This document shows positions 14,165 to 24,834 of a stretch of DNA of 64,000 nt, piece by piece. The stretch's first letter is position 1. The number at the start of each line of letters is the position of its first letter. Made by a program: the position numbers and the translations under genes. Origin of the DNA: Macrostomum lignano (taxonomy: Eukaryota). The stretch is taken from assembly GCA_002269645.1 (NCBI GenBank), contig NIVC01001918.1, positions 117,152 to 181,151 of the forward strand, written 5' to 3'. The notes under the pieces were generated by a model. That model saw only the letters and a list, made by a program, of their open reading frames with translations. It searched no databases and was not told the DNA's origin.

Positions 14165-14830
14165 GCTAAGGGGATCTGGCAAGAGAGTTGGTTACTAAGG
14201 AGGTCTGGCAAGAGAATTGGTTGCTAACGAGATCTCGCCAGAGAGTTGGTTGCTTAAGAGATCTGGCCAAAGAGTTGGTTGCTCAGGAGATCTCGCCAGA
14301 GAGTTTTTGCTTAAAAGATCTGGCCAGAGAGTTGGTTGCTAAGGGGATCTGGCAAGAGAGTTGGTTGCTAAGGGGATCTCGCCAGAGAGTTGGTTGCTTA
14401 AGAGATCTGGCCAAAGAGTTGGTTGCTCAGGAGATCTCGCCAGAGAGTTTTTGCTTAAAAGATCTGGCCAGAGAGTTGGTTGCTAAGGGGATCTGGCCAG
14501 AGAGTTGGTTGCTAAGGGGATCTGGCCAGAGAGTTGGTTGCTAAGGGGATCTGGCCAGAGAGTTGGTTGCTAAGGTGATCGCGCCAGAGAGTTTGTTGCT
14601 TAAAAGAATCACGGGAAGATAATTTCTGAAGGATCTGAAGAGTTGGTAGCTAAGATCTGGGAATTTGGTTGCTAAGGTCTGGGAAGTTGGTTGCTAAGGT
14701 CTGGGAATTTGGTTGCTAAGGTCTGGGAAGTTGGTTGCTAAGATCTGGGAATTTGGTTGCTAAGGTCTGGAAGTTGGTTGCTAAAATCTGGGAATTTGGT
14801 TGCTAAGGTCTGGGAAGTTGGTTGCTAAGA
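14165..14830. repeat. Intronic minisatellites (about 29-bp GATCTGGCCAGAGAGTTGGTTGCTAAGGG units, then shorter TCTGGGAATTTGGTTGCTAAGG units) in CEP76 intron 2
   Basis: Directly visible. Confidence 0.9.
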
Positions 14831-14868
14831 GAATATGCATAAGTTAGTGGCTGATTATCCAAACCCAG

Positions 14869-15446
14869 ATTGACAGGTTCAGCTCGGATCTGGTGCAGCA
14901 GCAGCTGGCCATGGAGCGCGGCAGGCGCGAGAACTCCGAGCGCCTATTTGTGCTATACGCCAGCCAGTGGTGGAGCGAGTACTGCGCCGCCCGCGCGGCC
15001 AACGCCGACCGCCTAGTGAAGATATTCGCCAAAGACGAGTGCGGCCGGGACCGCCCGGTCTTCGAACTGGTCAAGCCGCTGCGCGCCGGCCGCCTCATCG
15101 AGTCGCCGCGGCACGCCGCCAGATTCGTCGCCTGCCTGCAGTACGAGCGAGCGGCTGCGCTGGGCTGCGGCCTGGCCGACATGTGGTGCAGCAGGCACGC
15201 TTTCTTGGCCAGGGGCCGCGGCGACACCGGCGACCACGCCGCCCTGCTCTGCTCGCTGCTGTTGGGCTTCGGCCTCGACGCCTACGTGGCGTTCGGCGCC
15301 AAAGCCCCGGCTTCCAGCTCTGGTGCTAACGCGGCCTCCGGCAGCCCGGTGGCCTGGGTGGTGACGCTCAGCCAGCTGGGCAGTTCGGCCGAACCGGCTT
15401 CTGTGCACTTTTGGGACCCCGTCAATGGGCAGCGCTTTTTGCACAG
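14869..15446 (+). CDS. CEP76: CEP76 exon 3
   Basis: ERLFVLYASQWWSEY, RLVKIFAKDECG, VKPLRAGRLIESPRHAARFV, GDTGDHAALLCSLLLGFGLDAYV, FWDPVNGQRF. In-phase CAG acceptor at 14866-68, donor at 15447. Confidence 0.95.
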
Positions 15447-15714
15447 GTAGGATGGCGCTTTCAGCCGACTGCAGCTCTTAATTATTGAATAGTTGGTTCT
15501 TAATTAGTCAAGCCCCACCTCACTCCGCCAATTCTTCCACCATACACTGAGTGCGCGCCGATTGGCTGACCCTGTCCGACTCCTTCTCTCATTGGTTGGC
15601 AGCCCACCCCACTCCGCCAATTCTTTCTGCATACACTGAGTGCGCACGGATTGGCTGACCCTGCCGCACTCTTATCTCATAGTAAAAATTCTAAAACTAG
15701 TATTCAAATTTCAG

Positions 15715-16180
15715 CGGTCAGCAGCAGTCGCAGCATCCCTACACCCGCATCGGCTGTCTGTTCAATCACCGGTCATTCTACGCCAACAATCAGGCCAGCG
15801 ACGCAGTCGCCTCCTGCCGCTTCGACTTGGACGATTCCGCCAGATGGAAGCCGATGAGCGAGGAGGCGATCGGGGCGGCTTTGACTGGCGGTCCGACGCC
15901 GCCCGGTTGCTTAGCAACTCTGAGCGCCCCGCTATTGGACGCGGTGCGCGAGTCAAACCAATTCGAGCTGCGCCTGCGCGCCGCGGTGGCCGAACGGCGC
16001 GAAGCCGACGGTCTGGGCGCCACGCAGTGGGACGAAGAGCTCAGCTTCTGCCTGACCGGCGCCCTGGCCGGCTACGAGCAGGAACGCCTGCACGGAGTCG
16101 CCTTCGCCAACGAGGAATTCCAGGCGGCTATGAATCGTCTGGTGCCAGACGGGCACACCTTCCGGGGCTACCCGTTGCAG
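15715..16180 (+). CDS. CEP76: CEP76 exon 4
   Basis: HPYTRIGCLFNH, FDLDDSARWKPMSEEAI, NEEFQAAMNRLVPDGHTFRGYP. TTTCAG acceptor, GTGCGT donor at 16181. Confidence 0.95.
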
Positions 16181-16239
16181 GTGCGTTCGGGCTCGCTTTT
16201 GCCGCCGAAAATGTGTGTCCATATTTATCTATTTATGTG

Positions 16240-16922
16240 TCAGGAGTTATTAGAATGTGTCAGGAGTGACTAGAATGTGTCAGAAGTGACTAAAATGTGT
16301 CAGGAGTGACTAGAATGTGTCAGGACTGAAGAGAATGAATTGCCAGGAGTGACTAGAATGTGTCAGGAGTGACTAGAATATGTCAGGATTGTCTAGATTG
16401 AATTGCCAGAAGTGACTAGAATATGTCAGGACTGTCTAGAATGAATTGTCAGGAGTGACTAGAATGAATTGTCAGGAGTGACTAGAATGAATTGTCAGGA
16501 GTGACTAGAATGAATTGTCAGGAGTGACTAGAATGAATTGTCAGGAGTGAATAGAATGAATTGTCAGGAGTGACTAGAATGAATTGTCAGGAGTGAATAG
16601 AATGAATTGTCAAGAGTAATTAGAATGAGTCAGGAGTGACTAGAATGTGTCAGAACTGACTAAATGTGTCAGAAGTGACTGGAATGTGTCAGGAGTGACT
16701 GGAATGTGTCAGAAGTGACTAGAATGTGTCAGAAGTGACTAGAATATGTCAGGAGTGACTGGAATGTGTCAGAAGTGACTAGAATGTGTCAGGAGTGACT
16801 GGAATGTGTCAGAAGTGACTAGAATGTGTCAGAAGTGACTAGAATGTGTCAGGAGTGACTAGAATGTGTCAAAAGTGACTGAAATGTGTCAGGAGTGACT
16901 GGAATGTGTCAGGAGTGACTAG
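16240..16922. repeat. Intronic satellite (GTCAGGAGTGACTAGAATGT-type units) in CEP76 intron 4
   Basis: Directly visible; the same family recurs at 23665-24225. Confidence 0.9.
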
Positions 16923-16948
16923 ACCATTAATCGATCGCCCTAATCCAG

Positions 16949-17131
16949 GTTCTGCACCGGGACCCGCGCCGGGCCCTGGCCGCTGCTCTCCGGTCGCCGG
17001 TCGGCCGGGAGGTGGTGTTCTGCCGCGGCGACCGGGTGCGGCTGTGCGCCCGGGCTCGGGTGGTGTGTTACGCTGAGTCAGCCTGCGCCACCTGGCTCAT
17101 GATCGGCTGCACCTATCAGGCCGCGTTGTGA
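16949..17131 (+). CDS. CEP76: CEP76 exon 5 (terminal coding exon)
   Basis: Hand translation VLHRDPRRALAAALRSPVGREVVFCRGDRVRLCARARVVCYAESACATWLMIGCTYQAAL-stop matches the CEP76 C-terminus; absent from the ORF track. Confidence 0.95.
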   Translation, partial: VLHRDPRRALAAALRSPVGREVVFCRGDRVRLCARARVVCYAESACATWLMIGCTYQAAL

Positions 17132-17530
17132 GTGCTTGATGTGCTGCTTGATCTACGAGTTCAGCTAACAATCTGTAGAGCTGCTCATTCACTCATGTTA
17201 TTTATCCACCTAAATCTGTTGTGATTTGCTGCACATGAAGGGCCGGCCACTTGTGTGCAGAAATTCAGAACAGCATCCGACTTTTAATCGAGTTTAATTG
17301 AATCTGACCAAATAGAAGTACATTTTTTCATGCAACAAAATGTATTTTTCTTCAAGTACTTCTTTCTTATTCATATTTTTTCTTTTGTTTCTCAATATAA
17401 TATTCCACTATTTCTGTGAAATACATGTTACAGTTAGTTTTTTCTTATTGTATAGTTTTTTTAGCCATGCAGTTTAGGGCAGAAAATCTGATGAAATAAA
17501 ATATACTGTCTCACTTTTAACTTTTTTTAA

Positions 17531-18015
17531 ATCATTGCTGATGATTGCTGATGATCCAAGGGTTGCTGATGATCCAAGGGTTGCTGATGATCCAAGGGTT
17601 GCTGATGATCCAAGGGTTGCTGATGATCCAAGGGTTGCTGATGATCCAAGGGTTGCTGATGATCCAAGGGTTGCTGATGATCCAAGGGTTGCTGATGATC
17701 CAAGGGTTGCTGATGATCCAAGGGTTGCTGATGATCCAAGGGTTGCTGATGATCCAAGGGTTGCTGATGATCCAAGGGTTGCTGATGATCCAAGGGTTGC
17801 TGATGATCCAAGGGTTGCTGATGATCCAAGGGTTGCTGATGATCCAAGGGTTGCTGATGATCCAAGGGTTGCTGATGATCCAAGGGTTGCTGATGATCCA
17901 AGGGTTGCTGATGATCCAAGGGTTGCTGATGATCCAAGGGTTGCTGATGATCCAAGGGTTGCTGATGATCCAAGGGTTGCTGATGATCCAAGGGTTGCTA
18001 AAAGGTTGCTGATGA
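17531..18015. repeat. 18-bp minisatellite (GCTGATGATCCAAGGGTT)
   Basis: Directly visible. Confidence 0.95.
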
Positions 18016-18514
18016 TCCCAGCTGTAAAGGCTCAATTAATAGCGAATGGAAAAAGCTCAGGCTTCCACTTAGCCTGGCGTGCTATTATATATTGTGATCG
18101 ATCGATATGCAATACGATGTACATATTGCTAGAAGGGCCGAAGCTCAAGCCGATTGGCTGCAGAAGAGAGAAGAACTGAATGGGGTGGGGGTTGGAAGGG
18201 TTAAGTTGGCTGGCGGGAGAGAGAGTACATTGAACAGCGGGGCTGACAAGAGCGCGCAGCGCACGGGGACGGCTCACACCAGCCTTTGGTCTTTACTATT
18301 GATAAACCTTGAATAAGATGATCCTAAGCACCCAACAATAAAGTCATTCAGTAACAACGACAACAGCGAAATACGCTGACGGATCAAACCTAGACAGTCC
18401 TAACAGCATCACAGGGCCCGTCTCAGGGCTTCGGCGGTAGCAGAACCCGCCGCAATGCATACGGAATGCGGGGCGCCGGCGTTCGCTAGCAGGCCAGTCG
18501 ACGAAAGTATGCGT

Positions 18515-19434
18515 TTGTCCGCGCCGGTAGGATGCCTGCTGCGTCAGTATTCTTCAGCTGTTCTCCGCGCCGGTAGGATACCTGCTGCGTCAGTATTCTT
18601 CAGCTGTTGTCCGCGCCGGTAGGATGCCTGCTGCGTCAGTATTCTTCAGCTGTTGTCCGCGCCGGTAGGATGCCTGCTGCGTCAGTATTCTTCAGCTGTT
18701 GTCCGCGCCGGTAGGATACCTGCTGCGTCAGTATTCTTCAGCTGTTGTCCGCGCCGGTAGGATACCTGCTGCGTCAGTATTCTTCAGCTGTTGTCCGCGC
18801 CGGTAGGATGCCTGCTGCGTCAGTATTCTTCAGCTGTTGTCCGCGCCGGTAGGATGCCTGCTGCGTCAGTATTCTTCAGCTGTTGTCCGCGCCGGTAGGA
18901 TGCCTGCTGCGTCAGTATTCTTCAGCTGTTGTCCGCGCCGGTAGGATGCCTGCTGCGTCAGTATTCTTCAGCTGTTGTCCGCGCCGGTAGGATGCCTGCT
19001 GCGTCAGTATTCTTCAGCTGTTGTCCGCGCCGGTAGGATACCTGCTGCGTCAGTATTCTTCAGCTGTTGTCCGCGCCGGTAGGATGCCTGCTGCGTCAGT
19101 ATTCTTCAGCTGTTGTCCGCGCCGGTAGGATGCCTGCTGCGTCAGTATTCTTCAGCTGTTGTCCGCGCCGGTAGGATACCTGCTGCGTCAGTATTCTTCA
19201 GCTGTTGTCCGCGCCGGTAGGATGCCTGCTGCGTCAGTATTCTTCAGCTGTTGTCCGCGCCGGTAGGATGCCTGCTGCGTCAGTATTCTTTAGCTGTTGT
19301 CCGCGCCGGTAGGATACCTGCTGCGTCAGTATTCTTCAGCTGTTGTCCGCGCCGGTAGGATGCCTGCTGCGTCAGTATTCTTCAGCTGTTGTCCGCGCCG
19401 GTAGGATGCCTGCTGCGTCAATATTCTTCAGCTG
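18515..19434. repeat. 46-bp minisatellite, 20 copies (a single copy at the paralogous site near 28580-28626)
   Basis: TTGTCCGCGCCGGTAGGATGCCTGCTGCGTCAGTATTCTTCAGCTG repeats with no spacers. Confidence 0.95.
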
Positions 19435-19986
19435 GCATTTTGCTCTGAATATTCTGACGTTTGAAGTTATTGCATATTTTAAATGCTCTTTCTTGCTCGC
19501 ATGCTGTATCGACAACGTTAAAAAATATTGATACCTTCTGATACGCTGGTACATCCCATATACGGACCGACAGTTCCTCAAGTCCCGACAGTGATAAAAC
19601 TACTGGTTCCAACGGGCTTGGTTAGGTAAACTGCCAGCCCCTATCTGTGAGAGCTTAAAAAGTGCTCATACGTGGAAATTTTCAAGCTAACAGCTATTGA
19701 CAGGCAGTTGGACAGTATGAAATTTCCCATGCAGTGCACTTTTGCTTCTGTTGACTGCTACAAATATCGCAAAATTGATTGAAACAAAATCAATTGGTAC
19801 AGAAGAACGGCTTTTGACAGCTCTGACAGGCCGTGAGCGGCGTGACAGTCCGAGACCGCGTCACCTGTAGCGCCACCAGCGGCACCATAAATGAGAGCCC
19901 AGCGACCGAGCCCGAGACCCAATCAGCAACTCAACCCAGCAGCCAGTCTCAAGAAGCCAGCAACCAAAGCACCCAGCTCAGCAGCC

Positions 19987-20274
19987 ATGTACAAGCTCGT
20001 CTGTCTGTTCGCTCTCGTGGCCTTCGCCGCCGCCGCCTACACTCCGGAGCAGAAGAACGAGGTCGTGAACGACATCATTCACGAGGTCGTTCCCGTGATC
20101 AGCATCGACACCAACTGCCTGCTGCAGAACGGCATCGACTCCGTGAACTGCCTGATCTCAAACGTTGCCTCCTGCTACTTCGCCCACGGCACCAACATCA
20201 GCCAGCTGGCCGGCTGCCTGGCCAACAAGTGCGGCGGCAGCGCCATCCAGATCATCAGCTGCATCAAGCTGTAA
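19987..20274 (+). CDS. Gene X copy A: intronless 95-aa secreted six-cysteine orphan protein
   Basis: Signal-peptide-like MYKLVCLFALVAFAAAA; mature Cys spacing C-x10-C-x7-C-x13-C-x4-C-x9-C; strong C/G-ending codon bias; CATAAAT TATA-like element about 100 nt upstream; intact paralog at 29089. Confidence 0.85.
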   Translation: MYKLVCLFALVAFAAAAYTPEQKNEVVNDIIHEVVPVISIDTNCLLQNGIDSVNCLISNVASCYFAHGTNISQLAGCLANKCGGSAIQIISCIKL

Positions 20275-21558
20275 ATGCTCTGCATGTCAAAGTAATGCGA
20301 GAAAAATATTTTATCTGAAGGCGCGTTAAAAAAATGACAGCAGATTAAAAGCTACCAAAATCGCTTTGGCAAAACATGCGATCGAATTTTAATTGCTTCA
20401 TTTACTTTGTGTTTACCAAGTGGAAGTGTTGACGATAAAATAATTGAGGTGTAGAGTGTCAACTTACTGTACTTCCTGTAATCAGGACGACTCGTATAGA
20501 CTGAAGTACTTGTGTCGTTCTTGAATGCACATTAGTCTCTCACTTAACGCGTTGTGGACGCACTTTTATCGGATATAATCGCTCATGAATTTCTGCTTCC
20601 AATCATTCTACTGTTAGTAGCACGATTTGAAGTCTTCTTCAATTTATTTGATCCTTTGTCATGATTTTAGCGAAGCCTCAGTCCCCAGTCCGCTGCGACT
20701 TGTCCCTCCCGTCTCTGTATTGCGAGCAAATCATAAAATTTGGCCTGGATTTCAACAAACTGGTTCAGCCAATCGCAATTGACGTGTTCCGGTATAACAA
20801 GTCGCGAGCCAGCTTGGCGACTATTAAAATCTTGTTGATTGGACTCGACCGCAGGGACATCAGGGGTCATGGCACTTCATCTGGAACGCCCCGCCTTTAC
20901 CCAGGACAGGCTCACCAACCTCGGCCCAAACCCGGACCTCTCCGACGTTTTCGGGCCCGAGAATATTTGCCAGCTCGTCCGCTACCTAAGAGTTACCGGG
21001 CGAGCGACCATCCACCTTCTGGACTCTCCGGAGGGGGGCCGCGCTGCCCCAAATTGCTCTAAAATCGAACAGGGTCGCGGCGATAGAGCCTGACGCGTTT
21101 ACCGCTCAGCTATTTTGCTCTACTGTGTACCCATGTGCAATATGCTAAATAAATCTGTTTCTTGCAAAAACAAATGCAACTGCTAAGCATCCAGTGTAGA
21201 GAAAAGAAGAAATATTTGAGCAACGAACCCATTCTCTTGCGGCAGTAGATGTTCAGGGCAGGGGTAATGCGTTTGCACACCCTCACCCTCATATAAGCTG
21301 ACATGACGGATGCTACTCAACAAGCAATGCAATGGAAGAAAAAAATTTTCCAACTATCCTCGGAGAAAGCAATAAGAATAAATACGTACCTGTTGTACAC
21401 GCTGGAAGGCATAATAAAAGAGTATGCAGGAGTCTGTAGACACTTGCGGCCACTTCAGATCAGTTGCGCTTCCCGAGCGCTCCTTTGCACACCATTGCTA
21501 TATGGTTGTGGCAGATACAGGCTTCAATTTACTGAGCAAATAGTGGGTAACTACCGAC

Positions 21559-22218
21559 ATGGCCAGTGCTCCCGAGATCAGGAATGATACTCAGCTGGCA
21601 GTGAAGTGCAGCTCGCTAATTAGCGCCAATGCCGAGCAGTCAGAAACTGCAATGAACACCTTTCTCAATGAGCAGGAGGTAACCGGCCTGAGGGATCTTC
21701 TGAACCGGAAGGAGGACATCAAGTACATCAGCATTTGTCGGACCACCAACGGGTATCCGCACGTCTGCCTGCGCATGCTGTTCATGCTGGCTGAGCTGGA
21801 AATCGGCCTGAGAAATGCAGGCGCTTCAACTGAGGTCGTAGAGTTCGGCATGCGGCGCTTTCTTGATCTCTCTGGTGGAAAGAAGATCCCGATGGAGAGG
21901 CTGGAAGTGATTTTTGCGGAGGCCACGCGAGAGGGCGTGCATGCGAACAACGTTCAGCTTCGGAGACAGAACCTGAGGCGGGCGATCGACAGCGGCCTGG
22001 GCCGGTCAACCGTTCTGCGTCAGACAGTTCTGAGCAACGACGGAGAGATTTCTACCCACCTTAATCGCACCTCCACCGAGGCCAGCTCAGGCTCGCCGCC
22101 AGGCACTTTACCTAGACAGCCGACTTCAGCCGTTGTGCCTGCCGCCAGTTCAGAAGAAGCGGCCGATTCAAGCAGGGAAACAGCCGCCGGCGAACCGGGA
22201 CGCATAACTCGCTTGTAA
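21559..22218 (+). CDS. Gene Y copy A: 219-aa orphan with a globular N-terminal region and S/P/T/A-rich tail
   Basis: Open in both duplicate copies, and the two indels in the ORF are in frame; GC-rich relative to its flanks; no recognised family. Confidence 0.65.
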   Translation: MASAPEIRNDTQLAVKCSSLISANAEQSETAMNTFLNEQEVTGLRDLLNRKEDIKYISICRTTNGYPHVCLRMLFMLAELEIGLRNAGASTEVVEFGMRRFLDLSGGKKIPMERLEVIFAEATREGVHANNVQLRRQNLRRAIDSGLGRSTVLRQTVLSNDGEISTHLNRTSTEASSGSPPGTLPRQPTSAVVPAASSEEAADSSRETAAGEPGRITRL

Positions 22219-23444
22219 ACCCAGCCGCTTTTATAAGGGAACTGGGTCTCTGCAACGACTGGTTTATCTACATGTACCGGTAGGTGTTTACGATTAGCAA
22301 CCTCTTCTGCAGGTGTAACAGAAAACAGTTTGAAGCTCGTTGGAAAACGTTGCACAAATAGTTTCATGTATACATAGCAACCAAATTTTAAATTACGAGT
22401 ATTGCTGTGAGCTGGATTACGAGCGTATTGTCGTGTAACTCACTCTGCCTGTTCGCCTTGTCTATTCCCTAGTGATAAAACTTGCGGATACTATCAGTAG
22501 CTTATCTCCGCTAGCATAGACAACGGAATTCTTTAATTGGTATCAGTGCCCCCGTTTTCATTTGGCTTCCTAAGCTCCATTAGAAAGTGTTGCAACACGT
22601 AGTCCCACTCTGATTTTGTCCAGTTGTTGTCAATATTATATCCTTGATGTTGTTCCGAGCACGTATTATATCCTCGATTTTGTTCGGAGCACGTAAGCTG
22701 TCGTCTACGGCGAAGTATACTTTTGTAGCGTTGCTGCTAAACACCCAGTGCAATTTTTTTGTTTTTATCTTGTTGCTATTTGGTTTTGGAATTGGTGAAG
22801 GGCCCTGGATAGCTAGACAGGTCTCACGCTGCTTGCAGGAGTTAAGAAGAATCGAAGGCCAGAGGGCAGTTTTTTTGCTAGCTGCTACGGACTCGCATTG
22901 AGTTTTACGAGTCTGCAGCGTCTAAACAAATGCAGATGTGAGACGGCCTACTCTCAACTGTTTTCTTCTCAGTATTCTTCTTCTTCAGCTCACTGCAGCT
23001 GCAGCAGATGTATTTCTGTCATGCCCTCTGCGACACGAGAGACAAATACTGTTGTGCGGTTAGTGACGTGAAGTCGTAGTATTTCTGTCATGCCGTCTGC
23101 GACACGAGAGACAAATACTGTTGTGCGGTTAGTGACGTGAAGTCGTAGCTTGTCGCTTCAAGGAAAACGCTCTAGGGTCCTTGCCCCATTTTGATTATTT
23201 ACTATACTCAAAACACAGTAAAAAGCACTGGGCCTTAAAACTCTTTATTACGAGCTAGCTGAAATCTTGCAGTTCTTTTTTCTGTGACAAGCAAGCAATT
23301 TAAGTAGGAGCATTCGCTCATGCTACTCAAAGTACAAGAATCAGTACTGTACGCAATTGAAAATAAAGACTTTTGTCCATTCATGGCAATTAGATAAAAG
23401 ACTTGCCAAGCGGTTATTAAACCACTAAAATCAACACGGTTTAG

Positions 23445-23660
23445 GAGGATCGGGATGATTAGAAGGACTAGGAGGGCTAGAAGGATTAGGAGGATTAGGA
23501 GGACTAAAAGGATTAGGAGGGTTAGGAGGACTAAAGGGATTAGAAGGATTAGGATGACTAGGAGGACTAAAAGGATTAGGATGACTAGGAGGACTAAAAG
23601 GATTAGGATGACTAGGAGGACTAAAAGGATTAGGATGACTAGGAGGACTAAAAGGACTGG
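23445..23660. repeat. Low-complexity AGGATTAGG/AGGACTA repeat at the duplication junction
   Basis: Directly visible. Confidence 0.85.
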
Positions 23661-23804
23661 ATGATACTGAGTGACCGGAATGTGTCAGGAGTGACTAGAA
23701 TATGTCAGAAGTGACTACAATGTGTCAGGAGTGATTAGAATGTGTCAGGAGTGACTGGAATGTGTCAGGAGTGACTAGACCATTAATCGATCGCCCTAAT
23801 CCAG

Positions 23805-23874
23805 GTTCTGCACCGGGACCCGCGCCGGGCCCTGGCCGCTGCTCTCCGGTCGCCGGTCGGCCGGGAGGTGGTGT
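23805..23874 (+). pseudogene. CEP76: Truncated copy of CEP76 exon 5 (first 70 nt, with its acceptor)
   Basis: Identical to 16949-17018, then returns to the intron satellite. Confidence 0.9.
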
Positions 23875-24251
23875 GGTATGACTAGAATGTGTCAGAAGTG
23901 ACTAGAATATGTCAGGAGTGACTGGAATGTGTCAGAAGTGACTAGAATGTGTCAGGAGTGACTAGAATGTGCCAGGAGTGACTGGAATGTGTCAGAAGTG
24001 ACTAGAATGTGTCAGGAGTAACTGGAATGTGTCAGGAGTGACTGGAATGTGTCAGGAGTGACTGGAATGTGTCAGAAGTGACTGGAATGTGTCAGAAGTG
24101 ACTGGAATGTGTCAGAAGTGACTAGAATGTGTCAGAAGTGACTAGAATGTGTCAGGAGTGACTGGAATGTGTCAAAAGTGACTGAAATGTGTCAGGAGTG
24201 ACTGGAATGTGTCAGGAGTGACTAGACCATTAATCGATCGCCCTAATCCAG

Positions 24252-24434
24252 GTTCTGCACCGGGACCCGCGCCGGGCCCTGGCCGCTGCTCTCCGGTCGC
24301 CGGTCGGCCGGGAGGTGGTGTTCTGCCGCGGCGACCGGGTGCGGCTGTGCGCCCGGGCTCGGGTGGTGTGTTACGCTGAGTCAGCCTGCGCCACCTGGCT
24401 CATGATCGGCTGCACCTATCAGGCCGCGTTGTGA
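24252..24434 (+). other. CEP76: Complete duplicated CEP76 terminal exon with intact acceptor and 3' flank
   Basis: Appears identical to 16949-17131 on visual comparison. Confidence 0.93.
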
Positions 24435-24834
24435 GTGCTTGATGTGCTGCTTGATCTACGAGTTCAGCTAACAATCTGTAGAGCTGCTCATTCACTCATG
24501 TTATTTATCCACCTAAATCTGTTGTGATTTGCTGCACATGAAGGGCCGGCCACTTGTGTGCAGAAATTCAGAACAGCATCCGACTTTTAATCGAGTTTAA
24601 TTGAATCTGACCAATTAGAAGTACATTTTTTCATGCAACAAAATGTACTTTTCTTCAAGTACTTCTTTCTTATTCATATTTTTTCTTTTGTTTCTCAATA
24701 TAATATTCCACTATTTCTGTGAAATACATGTTACAGTTAGTTTTTTTCTTATTGTTTAGTTTTTTTAGCCATGCAGTTTAGGGCAGAAAATCTGATGAAA
24801 TAAAATATATTGTCTCACTTTTAACTTCTTTTAA

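Larger units (their letters stand above)
16240..23052 (+). repeat. Segmental duplication unit, copy A (CEP76 intron 4/exon 5, 3' flank, gene X, gene Y); left boundary approximate
   Basis: Colinear high identity with 23665-39424; homology ends after GAGAGACAAATACTG. Confidence 0.92.

Noticed and set aside
14188-14544. 118-aa ORF with repeated WQESWLLRGS
   Set aside because: Intronic minisatellite in CEP76 intron 2
18515-19434. CRISPR-like array of 46-bp repeats
   Set aside because: No unique spacers, no cas genes, eukaryotic context; it is a plain minisatellite present once in the paralogous copy
19833-19986. Longer N-terminal versions of gene X (127 aa, 161 aa and 150 aa ORFs)
   Set aside because: Upstream ATG overlaps the TATA-like element; the signal peptide and GCCATG context begin at 19987/29089; upstream parts are not conserved between copies
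23455-23664. Protamine-like Arg-rich ORF (MIRRTRRARRIRR...)
   Set aside because: Derived from AGGATT/AGGACT low-complexity DNA at the duplication junction; no other support
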